The notes under the pieces: generated by a model
What the model was told of the DNA's origin: nothing
Seen by the model: the letters and a program-made list of their open reading frames with translations, nothing else
Databases searched by the model: none
Program-made: the position numbers and the translations under genes
Source of the DNA: a virus
Lineage: Duplodnaviria; Caudoviricetes
Length of the DNA: 63,134 nucleotides
Virus record (IMG/VR): IMGVR_UViG_3300044946_000158
Span: 1-63,134 of that record
Strand: one strand, 5' to 3'
In this document: piece after piece, positions 24,968-34,237 of the stretch
Layout: every line of letters begins with the position of its first letter
Position numbering within the stretch: position 1 is the first letter of the stretch

Positions 24968-25399
24968 CTAGAAAATCAGCAGGGTAATCTGCCCCGCGTC
25001 ATTGGCGTTGTCCGCATCCAGCGAGTAGCGATACGGATTAAACGCATTTTTTACCAGTGCCGCCGAGCCTAGCACACCGGTCTGCCCCGGTGGGATGGTC
25101 AGCACGATAGCGCCGTTGTCCGCGCGATTCCCGGTGCCCGCGCCCACTCCCTTACGTACCAGATACACGTTGCCGGCGTTGTTGACCATCGGCGAGTTCC
25201 CTTTCATGCCCTGTACCACGATCTGGTTGCAGGCGACGGTGTACTCGTCCGTGGTCGTGCTAGTGGGCGTGGACGGCGAGCCTGCCGCAGCCGGGTCCAC
25301 CAGCGACATAATCGGCACGGGCGTACCCGGCGTGGGGACCACGATGCTGCCGAGCGGCCAGTCGGGGCCTTGTTTATCGAGATGAACGGAGTTAGCCAT
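24968..25399 (-). CDS. putative structural protein
   Basis: SD GAGGAG; beta-rich, N.GNVY motif. Confidence 0.65.
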   Translation of the reverse strand: MANSVHLDKQGPDWPLGSIVVPTPGTPVPIMSLVDPAAAGSPSTPTSTTTDEYTVACNQIVVQGMKGNSPMVNNAGNVYLVRKGVGAGTGNRADNGAIVLTIPPGQTGVLGSAALVKNAFNPYRYSLDADNANDAGQITLLIF

Positions 25400-25452
25400 C
25401 GTGTCTCCTCGCGAACAGCAGCAAACTCAAGAATAGATTTTTCATGTGACTC

Positions 25453-27729
25453 TCAATTAATAATCCAATAATTCCAGCAGGTCTGTCCGGTGGTAGAAGT
25501 CTCTGTGAGCGTGAAGCTGGTTCCCGCTACAATTGCCGACACCACAGGCTCGGCGGTGATCGTCGGGACCACGCAGGTGGGCGCAGATGGCAGATTCCCC
25601 ACATAGGTACGCGGGGTGATGATAATAACGCTGTTGAGCGTTACTGCTGTGGTGTTGACCGTATAAGTTGCAGTAGTGGTAGGGATGACAAATGCACCGC
25701 TGGCTGCAGAGCCACAAGCTGCAGGAGACACTGAGTTAACAGCACAAGCAGTCAGTGTGCTGTAAGTGTTACTGACAAAATCCCCAGGGATGGCCCGATT
25801 AGGACTGCCAACGCTATTGGTCGTCTCTGCGGTAAGATTTCCACCCACCCAATTCGAAACGGAAGTCCGGTTTAGCACATTGGACTGTGCACTGATGCCG
25901 GGATAGCCGCCGCTAAGCGTAGCATCCACCGCAGTGAGGTCCTTGATGCGCGTGCCGCCGCTGGGCGTGTAATAAGCGTTGAGCGTTGTCCCTACGTGGT
26001 CTAATTCGATGATGTCACCAACTCCGCAACCGCTGGCGGCTGGTGTCTGTATCAAGAGTGTTGCGGCATTGGCGACGATTTTATAGATAGCCCGGTTAGG
26101 AACCGCTCCGCCGGAGGTACTGCATACGTATTTGTAAGCGGTACGGGTGGATGGGAAGCCGCTTGCGCCAGCCGGAACATTGGTCAGGACTCCGACGGTA
26201 TCTGCGGCATTTATTCCGGTAACTTTGACTTGTGAGAATTGGTCGTTGTTGACAATCAGCCCTTGATAAGCGGCCATATTGTCGGAAGCCGTTGCAGTGA
26301 CCGGAGTGACTGTCGCGGAATTTACCCCCAGTAACGCTCCGCAATTACTGGAACAGCTTACCCATGCGGGTGCGAGTGTCGCCGCGTTGCCACCAAGGAA
26401 ATTGTCAAACACGGTGGGATTCGGCGTAGTCAGCGGAGTATTGGATTGCTGTTTGACGAATCCTGATCCGCCACCCGATGCCGCGTTGGAGAAGAGTGCG
26501 CCCGGATAAATGTTCGTTCCACCTATACCAGCGTTGACGGATTCGTAGTTGATCGTTCCCGAGCAGTAGCCAGGATTCGTTTCCGTGAAATTGTTGACGC
26601 GCGCGAAGGCTGTAGAGGTCAGTTGTTCGATGTCGTAGGTAATAAAATTGATCGTACAGCCTCGCGACATGTTCGCGCCAAAGGTCCACCCATTGATACT
26701 CTCTTGATCGGTGAACTTGGTCCAAGTGCCGGGGTGGGTAATCGGATGGGAAGCCTGTACAATGCGGCCAAGGATGCCGACGTTGGAGCACAATAACCCC
26801 GAAGCGGCAAATCCTACCGAATGTTCAGACTCGACGTCATAGCAAATGTCCGCGCCTTCCGCCCAAGTCTCTTGGAACCATTGCCAGTTGTTGTGGTTGT
26901 TCTGTGTGGACGTGAACGCGATAAGCCGATTGGTTCCGGCTACGGCTGGAGAAATCAAGGGAGTATTGGGAGGACCCCACCCAGGAGCCATGACCGCTAA
27001 AACGTTTTGATAGTGAACTGTAGCAGCTTCATACATGCAAAACCCGCACTCGTTTCCGCGCTGGTTGTCCACGCCCTGAAAGCCGATGTTCTCGAAAAAT
27101 ACATCATTACCGATACTGTTCGTGGTATCAGGGCGATGCCAGAAATAGGCAATCATGTTGGTGCTGGCCCCGGCAGCGGTGCGGGCCGCAGCGGTAGCTT
27201 TGAAAATGACTCCCTGCGCGTTTTGCACTCCACCGATAGCCGCCACAAATGGGGCCTGCTCACCGATTAGACGCCATTGGCAATATTGATTCGCGCTCCC
27301 GGCGTTGGCGGGGAAGGCGATGCTGTAATAGAGGCTTCCGGCTTGAAGAATGTTAGTTGCAGACGATTCCAGTGTGGCCGAACTTATAAGGTAGGTTCCG
27401 TTTTTGAAGAACAGTGTGCCGCACGTTGAAGCATTCGCATTGATGACATTATTTAAGACAACCGCGATGTCGGTCCCGGTGTAATCGACGGTTCCGGTTT
27501 TGTTGTTTACCGCGCTGATGGTGCCTGCGGATACGGTAAAGGTATATAGGGAGCTGGGGCTGCCGCCAAACGTACCTCCAACTACACCGCTCCCAGAGCC
27601 GCCGCCTGACACATTAGACTGTCCCCCGCCCCCGACGCCCGTCTGACCATACGACAGTGCACTGGTCAGCATCGCCAACAGGATTATTAGGACAATGGGC
27701 CAAGCGCGTTTCATAATTGGTCTGAGCAT
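25453..27729 (-). CDS. tail-spike-like beta-helix/lectin protein with signal peptide
   Basis: MKRAWPIVLIILLAMLTSALSYG|Q; GTLFFKNGTY pectate-lyase-3-like start; many Cys pairs. Confidence 0.7.
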   Translation of the reverse strand: MLRPIMKRAWPIVLIILLAMLTSALSYGQTGVGGGGQSNVSGGGSGSGVVGGTFGGSPSSLYTFTVSAGTISAVNNKTGTVDYTGTDIAVVLNNVINANASTCGTLFFKNGTYLISSATLESSATNILQAGSLYYSIAFPANAGSANQYCQWRLIGEQAPFVAAIGGVQNAQGVIFKATAAARTAAGASTNMIAYFWHRPDTTNSIGNDVFFENIGFQGVDNQRGNECGFCMYEAATVHYQNVLAVMAPGWGPPNTPLISPAVAGTNRLIAFTSTQNNHNNWQWFQETWAEGADICYDVESEHSVGFAASGLLCSNVGILGRIVQASHPITHPGTWTKFTDQESINGWTFGANMSRGCTINFITYDIEQLTSTAFARVNNFTETNPGYCSGTINYESVNAGIGGTNIYPGALFSNAASGGGSGFVKQQSNTPLTTPNPTVFDNFLGGNAATLAPAWVSCSSNCGALLGVNSATVTPVTATASDNMAAYQGLIVNNDQFSQVKVTGINAADTVGVLTNVPAGASGFPSTRTAYKYVCSTSGGAVPNRAIYKIVANAATLLIQTPAASGCGVGDIIELDHVGTTLNAYYTPSGGTRIKDLTAVDATLSGGYPGISAQSNVLNRTSVSNWVGGNLTAETTNSVGSPNRAIPGDFVSNTYSTLTACAVNSVSPAACGSAASGAFVIPTTTATYTVNTTAVTLNSVIIITPRTYVGNLPSAPTCVVPTITAEPVVSAIVAGTSFTLTETSTTGQTCWNYWIIN

Positions 27730-27744
27730 ACCCTTTTCCTCGTA

Positions 27745-28026
27745 CTAGGACACCTTAAAAGTACCATTGACCTTGTCCCATTTTAGTGTCGCGCCGTTCG
27801 CGAGCTGCGACGTGTCGATGGGAGCCACGTTCACGCCGAGAAATTTCGTGGTCGCGGGGCCGGAAGTGGATGCAGCAGGCGCAGCGGGGGATGCTGGAGC
27901 GTTCGCGGGCAGTGCGGCGTTCACGCGGTCCACCAGCGCGTAATGCTGGTCGAGCACCTGCTTCAGTACGCGATGCGCGTCCTCGGGAGTTTTCAGGTCG
28001 GATACGTTCGGGTAGTAACGATTCAT
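27745..28026 (-). CDS. hypothetical tail-region protein
   Basis: ATGA overlap with the nozzle-like gene. Confidence 0.65.
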   Translation of the reverse strand: MNRYYPNVSDLKTPEDAHRVLKQVLDQHYALVDRVNAALPANAPASPAAPAASTSGPATTKFLGVNVAPIDTSQLANGATLKWDKVNGTFKVS

Positions 28027-31000
28027 ATGCGGGCCTCATCGCCGCCAGCGTCCCCGATCAGCGGCTTGTTCATGTACGCGTCCTCGCGGCCCCACGCTCC
28101 GACCAGCACTTCACTCTTATCGGCGTAGCACTGGAATGGCAGCGCAGACGACATCCTGTAGGCGTACAACTGGCCCTTGTTAGCGGTCACTGGAAACACA
28201 ATCTTGACCACGCCGCCGCCCGTGGACGGCAACGTGATCGGCGCGGGCGACACGCCATCATACGCGGTGATGGTAAATGTAACGGGCGCGACCGCCGCGT
28301 AGGTGATGCTGGTCTGACGAATGTGCATGTACCCGCGCAGGCCATGGGTGCTTGGTTGCGTCTGCCAAGTCTCGGCTACCTCGGGCGTCTCTTCGTAGAG
28401 CCATTTCACGCCGAACAATTTCCACAGCAGCAAATCCGTCGGCTCAATCCGCACCTGATGCGCGATGAACGGCGGGTCGAACGAATACGCGCGCTCGCTC
28501 TCGCCGTTATGCTGCACCGCCGTGCTGAACGGGTGCGCCGTAAGGCCGTCGGAATCCCGCACCAGCAGGCCTTTAATCGCGTTGAAGGTGTCCGCCACCA
28601 TGATGAATCCTTGGAACCATTTTGCGCCAGTGTATCCCGCGTCGTCCCAGTCGGTGAAGCGGTCGGCGATGATTTCCGGCTGCGTGATAAACGACGGCTG
28701 CCACGTATGCAGCCGGGTCGCGGTGGCTTGCCGAGTGAAGTCATCCGTCCAGGTAAACAGGAGGCCCATGTACACGGCGTATAACGCGCCTCCGAGTGAT
28801 ATCGGCTGCTGCTTGCGGGTGAACGATTGCGTGATGATTTGTGCGGGCGCGACTGCCACTCCGAGCGACATCGGCGTGATGGTCAGCGACGCGGACGCAG
28901 CCGCAGGGATGGCGTCAAAGAACATATCCCCCCACTGGTCGCCCACGCGCAGGTCGCCAGCGTCGAATTCCCTTGTGTACACGGCACAGGCAATCGGCCC
29001 GCCGATATCATTCGCGAGGTCCTGCTGGCCCGCCACCTGCCCGGACACATTGCCCATGAGGATCTCGTCATAGAGTTGGGGATTCGATGGCGTTAGGTTG
29101 CTGGGCACTTGGTCCACGCGCACGACCGAGGTTACCGCCGGAGTATAATTGTCGATACTCCACGCGCCGGTGCGGGTGTCGAGCACCAGCATGCGATAGG
29201 TAGCGAATATGTCGATGTACGTTGCATAGAGATAGCCGTTTGAATAGGCCAAGCGGAAAGACGCAGCTTGCGAGTAAGCCGGCGGGTAGATGGTTACTGG
29301 GCCGCGCACAATGGTCTCGCCGAGCACGCCCTCGTGCGGAAAGAGATTCGAGAGGTCGGCGGAAGTGAGCGAGCCGGTGCTGCTACCGACGATGCCGTCC
29401 TTGGCCCAGAAGTATACCTGCTTGCCATCGTTACAGTGTCCCAGCGGGGCCGCGAGCCCGCGGTCAATCGGCTGGTCCTGAATAGCGTAGCGCTGCGATG
29501 GATTGTCAGGCTGCGGAATCAGTCCCCACCAGCGGTCCGAGGAGCCTACGAACGAGCGACCGTCGACGATTTCGCCACCGAGCAGCGGCTCCGACGGCTG
29601 GCAGATTTCAAGGTTGTATTTGTCGGGCGCGGCGTCTGGCGCAAAGTTTTTACTGAAATACAGGGTGCCGGGCCGCAGCGGATCGCCGCACGCGAAAATA
29701 GTCCCATTGGCGTCCGGTCCCCACACATACGGAAGAAACTGCTTCGCGATAGCGGGCTCATAGATGGACAGGAACGAGTTCTGGCTGAATCCCGCATTCT
29801 CAACGAATTGGAACAGGTACACGCCGGGCTGCCCCGCGACCTCCGTAGGTCGGGTCCATAACGTATACACATTCTGGTTGTCGATACGCACGAGGTTACC
29901 TGGTAGAAACCGCGTCACGTTGGCTTGCGCAGACGCGGGAACAGCCACTAGTGCGGTGGTGCCGGTGACCGCAATGGCGATGCTGGTGTTGAACACGAAC
30001 GGCACGTCTATCGAGGGCCACGGCTCGAAGTTATCGGTTTCGAGTGCGTCCCCGGCGCGCGCCGCCGCGTCGTCATAGTTATCAACGAAGATGGTATTCG
30101 AGATGGTCAGCCGATGGGAGCCAATGAATCGCCATTCGGTGACGCTGCCGCCGTAGCGGAAGATGTCCCAAGTGTCGAAGCCGGCGACGGTGGTGGTGCC
30201 GGGAACCGATACGTTCACCGATTGCCGCCGCGGGGAGATGCCATAGCGCGGAATCGGCGAGGCGTTGCCCTTCGCGCCGGTGACCGATGACCGCGGCCGG
30301 ATGCGATACATATACGGCGCGCCTGCGTTGCCCACGTCTGGCAACGAGCCGCCGAGGACCGCGATGGTGAAATCATGCTCGATGGCCCCGGCAGCCGGAC
30401 CGATGATATTCCATTGGAAGCGCACCGACACGAGGTTCTGCAAGGTCAGCGCTTCGGCTGAGCCCACACGGGTCAGCGCGCTGATCGGGATAAATAGCTG
30501 GGTCCACGCGGAGTTGCCGACGTTCATCTGCTGCGACGGGGCGGCTACGGTCTGTCCGTCCGCGCTCGCGGCGGATTCGGCGTCGATAATCGCGCGCTGC
30601 TCGATGGTCTGGATAATGGATAGTTGCGTGACCGTGTTGGCAACCGCGCCGGTGAGGTCCGAGGGCCGGATGGTGTAGTAGTAATAATCGCTGTCGTAAT
30701 TCCCGTCGGACACGTCGAACAGGATCTTGGCCTCGATGAGATTGGTCGGGTCGTTTACCAAGACCGCGAACGAAATGTAGTCATCGGGGCGGAAGGACCG
30801 GCCCGCGATGGTGAAGAGTCCGGTCAAGGGGGCGGTGGCGGTGCCGATGCCAGCAGCTACCGAATAGCTGATTTCCGTTTCGCTAATGACCGCGCCGCCC
30901 GTGGGGGCGACTGCGCCTGCAATTTGCTCCACTTGAATCGCGCCGAGAATGGTAAAGGTGGCTCCCGCGAGGTAGGTGTTCGCGGTGGAGGTCTCGATGG

Positions 31001-31961
31001 CGATGGAACCGTCCGGCCCGGCGGTCACCGAGAGTACGTAGACGATTTCACCAGTGGATTGGAACTGGATAAGCGCCCCGCGCCGCAAGGACGCGAGAGT
31101 CTCGGGAGAGTAGAGGCTCTCACCGCTTTTCCCGGCTGAGAGATTCGGGGTGACCAGCACGCAGCGTCCCGAGGACCCGGCATAGTAGGCCACGGCTACG
31201 ATGGCAATCGGCGTAGGCAGCGACGAGTACACGTCCTCCACCCAGAATTTATTTCCCGCCGCGCCGATTTGTATCACCATGCCGCGATCATAGAGCGAGG
31301 TGGTCTGAATGGGGATGGTGTATTGATAGCCATTGGGGTCGGCGATGACGCCCGTGTGCACGAAATCTAGTGTGCGATAGCTGGAGGTAAGCGCGGATGC
31401 GGTGCCGCCGAGCGTCCACGAGCCCTGCGCGATGCTGGCCACGTTCGCAATGGGCGGCAGGGCCACGGCCTCGCTGGGTATCTGTGGCTCGGGAATGCCC
31501 ACGGGCTCGACATCCACGAAGTTCGCGAGACCTCCGAAGCCCGGAGCCGATACCTTCTGATAGTCCGCGCCGTTGGCAATGTACATGTACGGATTCGGCG
31601 ATTCATTGGGGCGAAACGGCAGCATGCTGGCGCCCCCGATGGCGGTGGGGCCGGTGGCGAGGGTCGCAACCTGCACGCCGATGTCAAGCCACACCGCGCC
31701 GAGAGCGTCGACTGCAAGCGTGCGCGGCTGGTCCTGCGTCTTGATGGCCGCGTAGGTGCGAAGGTTTAGTATCGGCTGGCCTCCGGTGGCGAACCGCAAG
31801 GCCTGCCCCGGCCGCGTCTTGATGTTATTGTCGCTGGTCCCGCGCACGTTCTGGACGATGGCGTATTTATCCGGCGGGAGCGCATCCGGGGATACGTTGG
31901 TCTTGAGGCCGCCGAGGTGGAAGCGGAATGCATCGTTGGGGCGCTGGAATTGTTGGGCCAT
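28023..31961 (-). CDS. putative tail nozzle/tubular protein B (beta-propeller)
   Basis: 1312 aa; GGL.T...P..LPP....VQNVR...I.TRPG N-terminus typical of podovirus stabilisation/nozzle proteins. Confidence 0.6.
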   Translation of the reverse strand: MAQQFQRPNDAFRFHLGGLKTNVSPDALPPDKYAIVQNVRGTSDNNIKTRPGQALRFATGGQPILNLRTYAAIKTQDQPRTLAVDALGAVWLDIGVQVATLATGPTAIGGASMLPFRPNESPNPYMYIANGADYQKVSAPGFGGLANFVDVEPVGIPEPQIPSEAVALPPIANVASIAQGSWTLGGTASALTSSYRTLDFVHTGVIADPNGYQYTIPIQTTSLYDRGMVIQIGAAGNKFWVEDVYSSLPTPIAIVAVAYYAGSSGRCVLVTPNLSAGKSGESLYSPETLASLRRGALIQFQSTGEIVYVLSVTAGPDGSIAIETSTANTYLAGATFTILGAIQVEQIAGAVAPTGGAVISETEISYSVAAGIGTATAPLTGLFTIAGRSFRPDDYISFAVLVNDPTNLIEAKILFDVSDGNYDSDYYYYTIRPSDLTGAVANTVTQLSIIQTIEQRAIIDAESAASADGQTVAAPSQQMNVGNSAWTQLFIPISALTRVGSAEALTLQNLVSVRFQWNIIGPAAGAIEHDFTIAVLGGSLPDVGNAGAPYMYRIRPRSSVTGAKGNASPIPRYGISPRRQSVNVSVPGTTTVAGFDTWDIFRYGGSVTEWRFIGSHRLTISNTIFVDNYDDAAARAGDALETDNFEPWPSIDVPFVFNTSIAIAVTGTTALVAVPASAQANVTRFLPGNLVRIDNQNVYTLWTRPTEVAGQPGVYLFQFVENAGFSQNSFLSIYEPAIAKQFLPYVWGPDANGTIFACGDPLRPGTLYFSKNFAPDAAPDKYNLEICQPSEPLLGGEIVDGRSFVGSSDRWWGLIPQPDNPSQRYAIQDQPIDRGLAAPLGHCNDGKQVYFWAKDGIVGSSTGSLTSADLSNLFPHEGVLGETIVRGPVTIYPPAYSQAASFRLAYSNGYLYATYIDIFATYRMLVLDTRTGAWSIDNYTPAVTSVVRVDQVPSNLTPSNPQLYDEILMGNVSGQVAGQQDLANDIGGPIACAVYTREFDAGDLRVGDQWGDMFFDAIPAAASASLTITPMSLGVAVAPAQIITQSFTRKQQPISLGGALYAVYMGLLFTWTDDFTRQATATRLHTWQPSFITQPEIIADRFTDWDDAGYTGAKWFQGFIMVADTFNAIKGLLVRDSDGLTAHPFSTAVQHNGESERAYSFDPPFIAHQVRIEPTDLLLWKLFGVKWLYEETPEVAETWQTQPSTHGLRGYMHIRQTSITYAAVAPVTFTITAYDGVSPAPITLPSTGGGVVKIVFPVTANKGQLYAYRMSSALPFQCYADKSEVLVGAWGREDAYMNKPLIGDAGGDEARI

Positions 31962-33808
31962 CAGGCGGCTCCATCCGTTGCGGATGCGGGCGCGGGCGCG
32001 AATCGCGGATGCATCTCCGCGTCCCGCTGCGATTGCGCGAAGATGACCGAGGTGTATTCGCCTAGTTCCGCGAGCTTCAGGCCGTAGGAGGCTGCGGCGG
32101 CGAGAAATCGCTGGAACAGGGGCAACGTCGCGGTGAATTCGAGTCCGCCCATCTTAAAGGCCGCGAGATGCTGGGCATAGTCGAGAATGGCGTCAAGGTC
32201 CCCACGCGATACCTGCAGGAAATCCGCGTCGCTAGCAGGCACAGGCGCGTTCTGCACCACCGTGGCGGTTATGGTATAAGGTCCGACATCCGACACAGGT
32301 GACACTGCGACGAGATTCAATCCCGCGTGATACGCGACTGTGGGCTGGCCCGGTGTATCGCGTTCCCAGCCGGTGTGGTAGAGGTCCCCGGCGGTGATGG
32401 AGTCGATTTGCAGCGGCACGTTCGCGACGCGCAGGGCCAAGAGTACGGAGGCCTTCGAGAGCAGGGCGAGGCCCATCTTGTAACGCTGGTTACAGTAGGT
32501 TGCGCGCGCGGGGTCCTTGGCGTTTGATTCGCGGGACAGCAGATCCGCGAGCGCTCCCCATTTGATGACGTGCGTCCAATCGTCGGGGACGGACAGAAGC
32601 GACGGATTGCCGACGGATAACGCGGGTCCCGCCTCTACGGTCAGCAGTTCGTAGCTGCCCGCGTAGCTCGGCGGCTGGTCGGTGTCGAACGATATCGGAG
32701 GCTCGGTCGATTGCAGGTACACGCTGGGCGCAGCGGGCGGCGTGCCAGCTGGCGTGAGCGTGTACTGGCGATTGAACGATGTCTCGGCGAAGCTATCCTC
32801 GGGCCACAGCACCGAGGCGTTGGCGCCCACGCGAATGTTGCCGCCGTATGGTCCGCCCGGAACGCCTGCGCTGCTGAAGCCGCCAGTGGAGACGTTTTGG
32901 GAAATGGTGAACGTGCCCGCGAGCATGGTCGGAGCGGATTCCGGGCCGCTGTAGAGCTGGGGTCCAGAATAATTAAAATCCTTTGGACCTATGACGGGTT
33001 GCGCTCGCAGCGACCCCAGCAGCGCGATGTTATAAAAGAAAAGGTAGTCATTGTTGACCGAGATGCCGTTGATAATGAGGTTCGGGATAGGCGGATTCAA
33101 ATAAAAGCTCTGGCCCAACGTGAAGCTGCTCGGTACCGGATTTATAGGAATGGTCCAAGAGGCCGTCAGCGGGAACAGACTAGAATTGGAGGTCAGCACG
33201 TAGTTCATGTTCGAGCCGGATATAGTAGCCACCAGCGTATAGGTCACCACAATCGGCTCGATGGTGCCTTGCGGAGTTGCGCCGCCATAGAGCCCGATGC
33301 CATAAGGCGTGCCTATGTTGATAGTGGGGAGGTACGCCACCCGGCGGATGTCGATGACTGAATCCGGCAGGAGCGTGCGTCCGGCGGCAGCAGGCACGAG
33401 GCGCACGGTCAGCGTGCAGCCAGTGACCGCCAGTATCTCGTCACGCCGCCGAGCGACTGCGTTCATGAAATCGTCCTGCGTGAATTGCAGGGAGGCTATA
33501 CCGGATGGCGGCTCCAGCAGGTGATAGGCCATGACGGAATAGAGGTCGGTGTCGTGCAGGGTCGGCAGACGCAGGGAGCCGGGCATCGCCACCGGGTCGG
33601 TGAAGTCGAAAAAGGTTACGTTCTGTTGCAGGGGAAAGGTGAAATCGTTGCGCCAATAGGAGGTGAGCGCATTCCATGTGCGCAATGCTTCCTGAATAAG
33701 CCCCGTGAGTTCGGCAGGCTGCCAAAAAGTTTGCGTACTATCAAACAGACGATTGGCGAGCTGTTGCCGCGCCGTGCCGAGAGTCGTGTATGTATATGCT
33801 GGTGCCAT
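31961..33808 (-). CDS. putative head-tail adaptor with ~150-aa inserted domain
   Basis: TL...RQQLANRLFD...FW...EL...I.EAL N-terminus and WGALADLLS motif typical of phage adaptors. Confidence 0.6.
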   Translation of the reverse strand: MAPAYTYTTLGTARQQLANRLFDSTQTFWQPAELTGLIQEALRTWNALTSYWRNDFTFPLQQNVTFFDFTDPVAMPGSLRLPTLHDTDLYSVMAYHLLEPPSGIASLQFTQDDFMNAVARRRDEILAVTGCTLTVRLVPAAAGRTLLPDSVIDIRRVAYLPTINIGTPYGIGLYGGATPQGTIEPIVVTYTLVATISGSNMNYVLTSNSSLFPLTASWTIPINPVPSSFTLGQSFYLNPPIPNLIINGISVNNDYLFFYNIALLGSLRAQPVIGPKDFNYSGPQLYSGPESAPTMLAGTFTISQNVSTGGFSSAGVPGGPYGGNIRVGANASVLWPEDSFAETSFNRQYTLTPAGTPPAAPSVYLQSTEPPISFDTDQPPSYAGSYELLTVEAGPALSVGNPSLLSVPDDWTHVIKWGALADLLSRESNAKDPARATYCNQRYKMGLALLSKASVLLALRVANVPLQIDSITAGDLYHTGWERDTPGQPTVAYHAGLNLVAVSPVSDVGPYTITATVVQNAPVPASDADFLQVSRGDLDAILDYAQHLAAFKMGGLEFTATLPLFQRFLAAAASYGLKLAELGEYTSVIFAQSQRDAEMHPRFAPAPASATDGAA

Positions 33809-34008
33809 CAGCCGCGTTTCGCTCCCGACTTGCGCCCAGACTTCTTGCTGCGTTTCTTCACGACGCCATTCGCGATACGCACGGCCTTACCTTCGTCGCC
33901 GGTCTTCGCGAGCACACTATTCGCTACGGAAGACCATTGCCTCTGCGACACGGCGCTAGAGGCTTTCTTCGTGTGCCTGCGCGATTCCTCGGGGTCCCAC
34001 GGCATCAT
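33808..34008 (-). CDS. small basic protein (MPW...HTKKA...W..VAN...A.R.ANGV)
   Basis: Tight packing; motif common in phage head modules. Confidence 0.7.
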   Translation of the reverse strand: MMPWDPEESRRHTKKASSAVSQRQWSSVANSVLAKTGDEGKAVRIANGVVKKRSKKSGRKSGAKRG

Positions 34009-34220
34009 TCATCCCCGAGATTACGCCCAGCGTGTCCAGCCCGCAGTTCGCGATTGAACCGCTCCACCACCGACTCGCCGTCGTGATGCTCGATGACATC
34101 GTCCATCGGCTCGTCGAGACAGTGCGGACGGGTGTCGAGGAACGGGCGCTTGGATGCGAACTCCGCCGCATATTCCTTGTCGCGAACGCCCGGACGATTC
34201 TGGTTCTTGGTATAAGCCAT
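34005..34220 (-). CDS. hypothetical protein
   Basis: SD AAGGAGG. Confidence 0.7.
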   Translation of the reverse strand: MAYTKNQNRPGVRDKEYAAEFASKRPFLDTRPHCLDEPMDDVIEHHDGESVVERFNRELRAGHAGRNLGDE

Positions 34221-34237
34221 GTTGCCTCCTTGAAATT

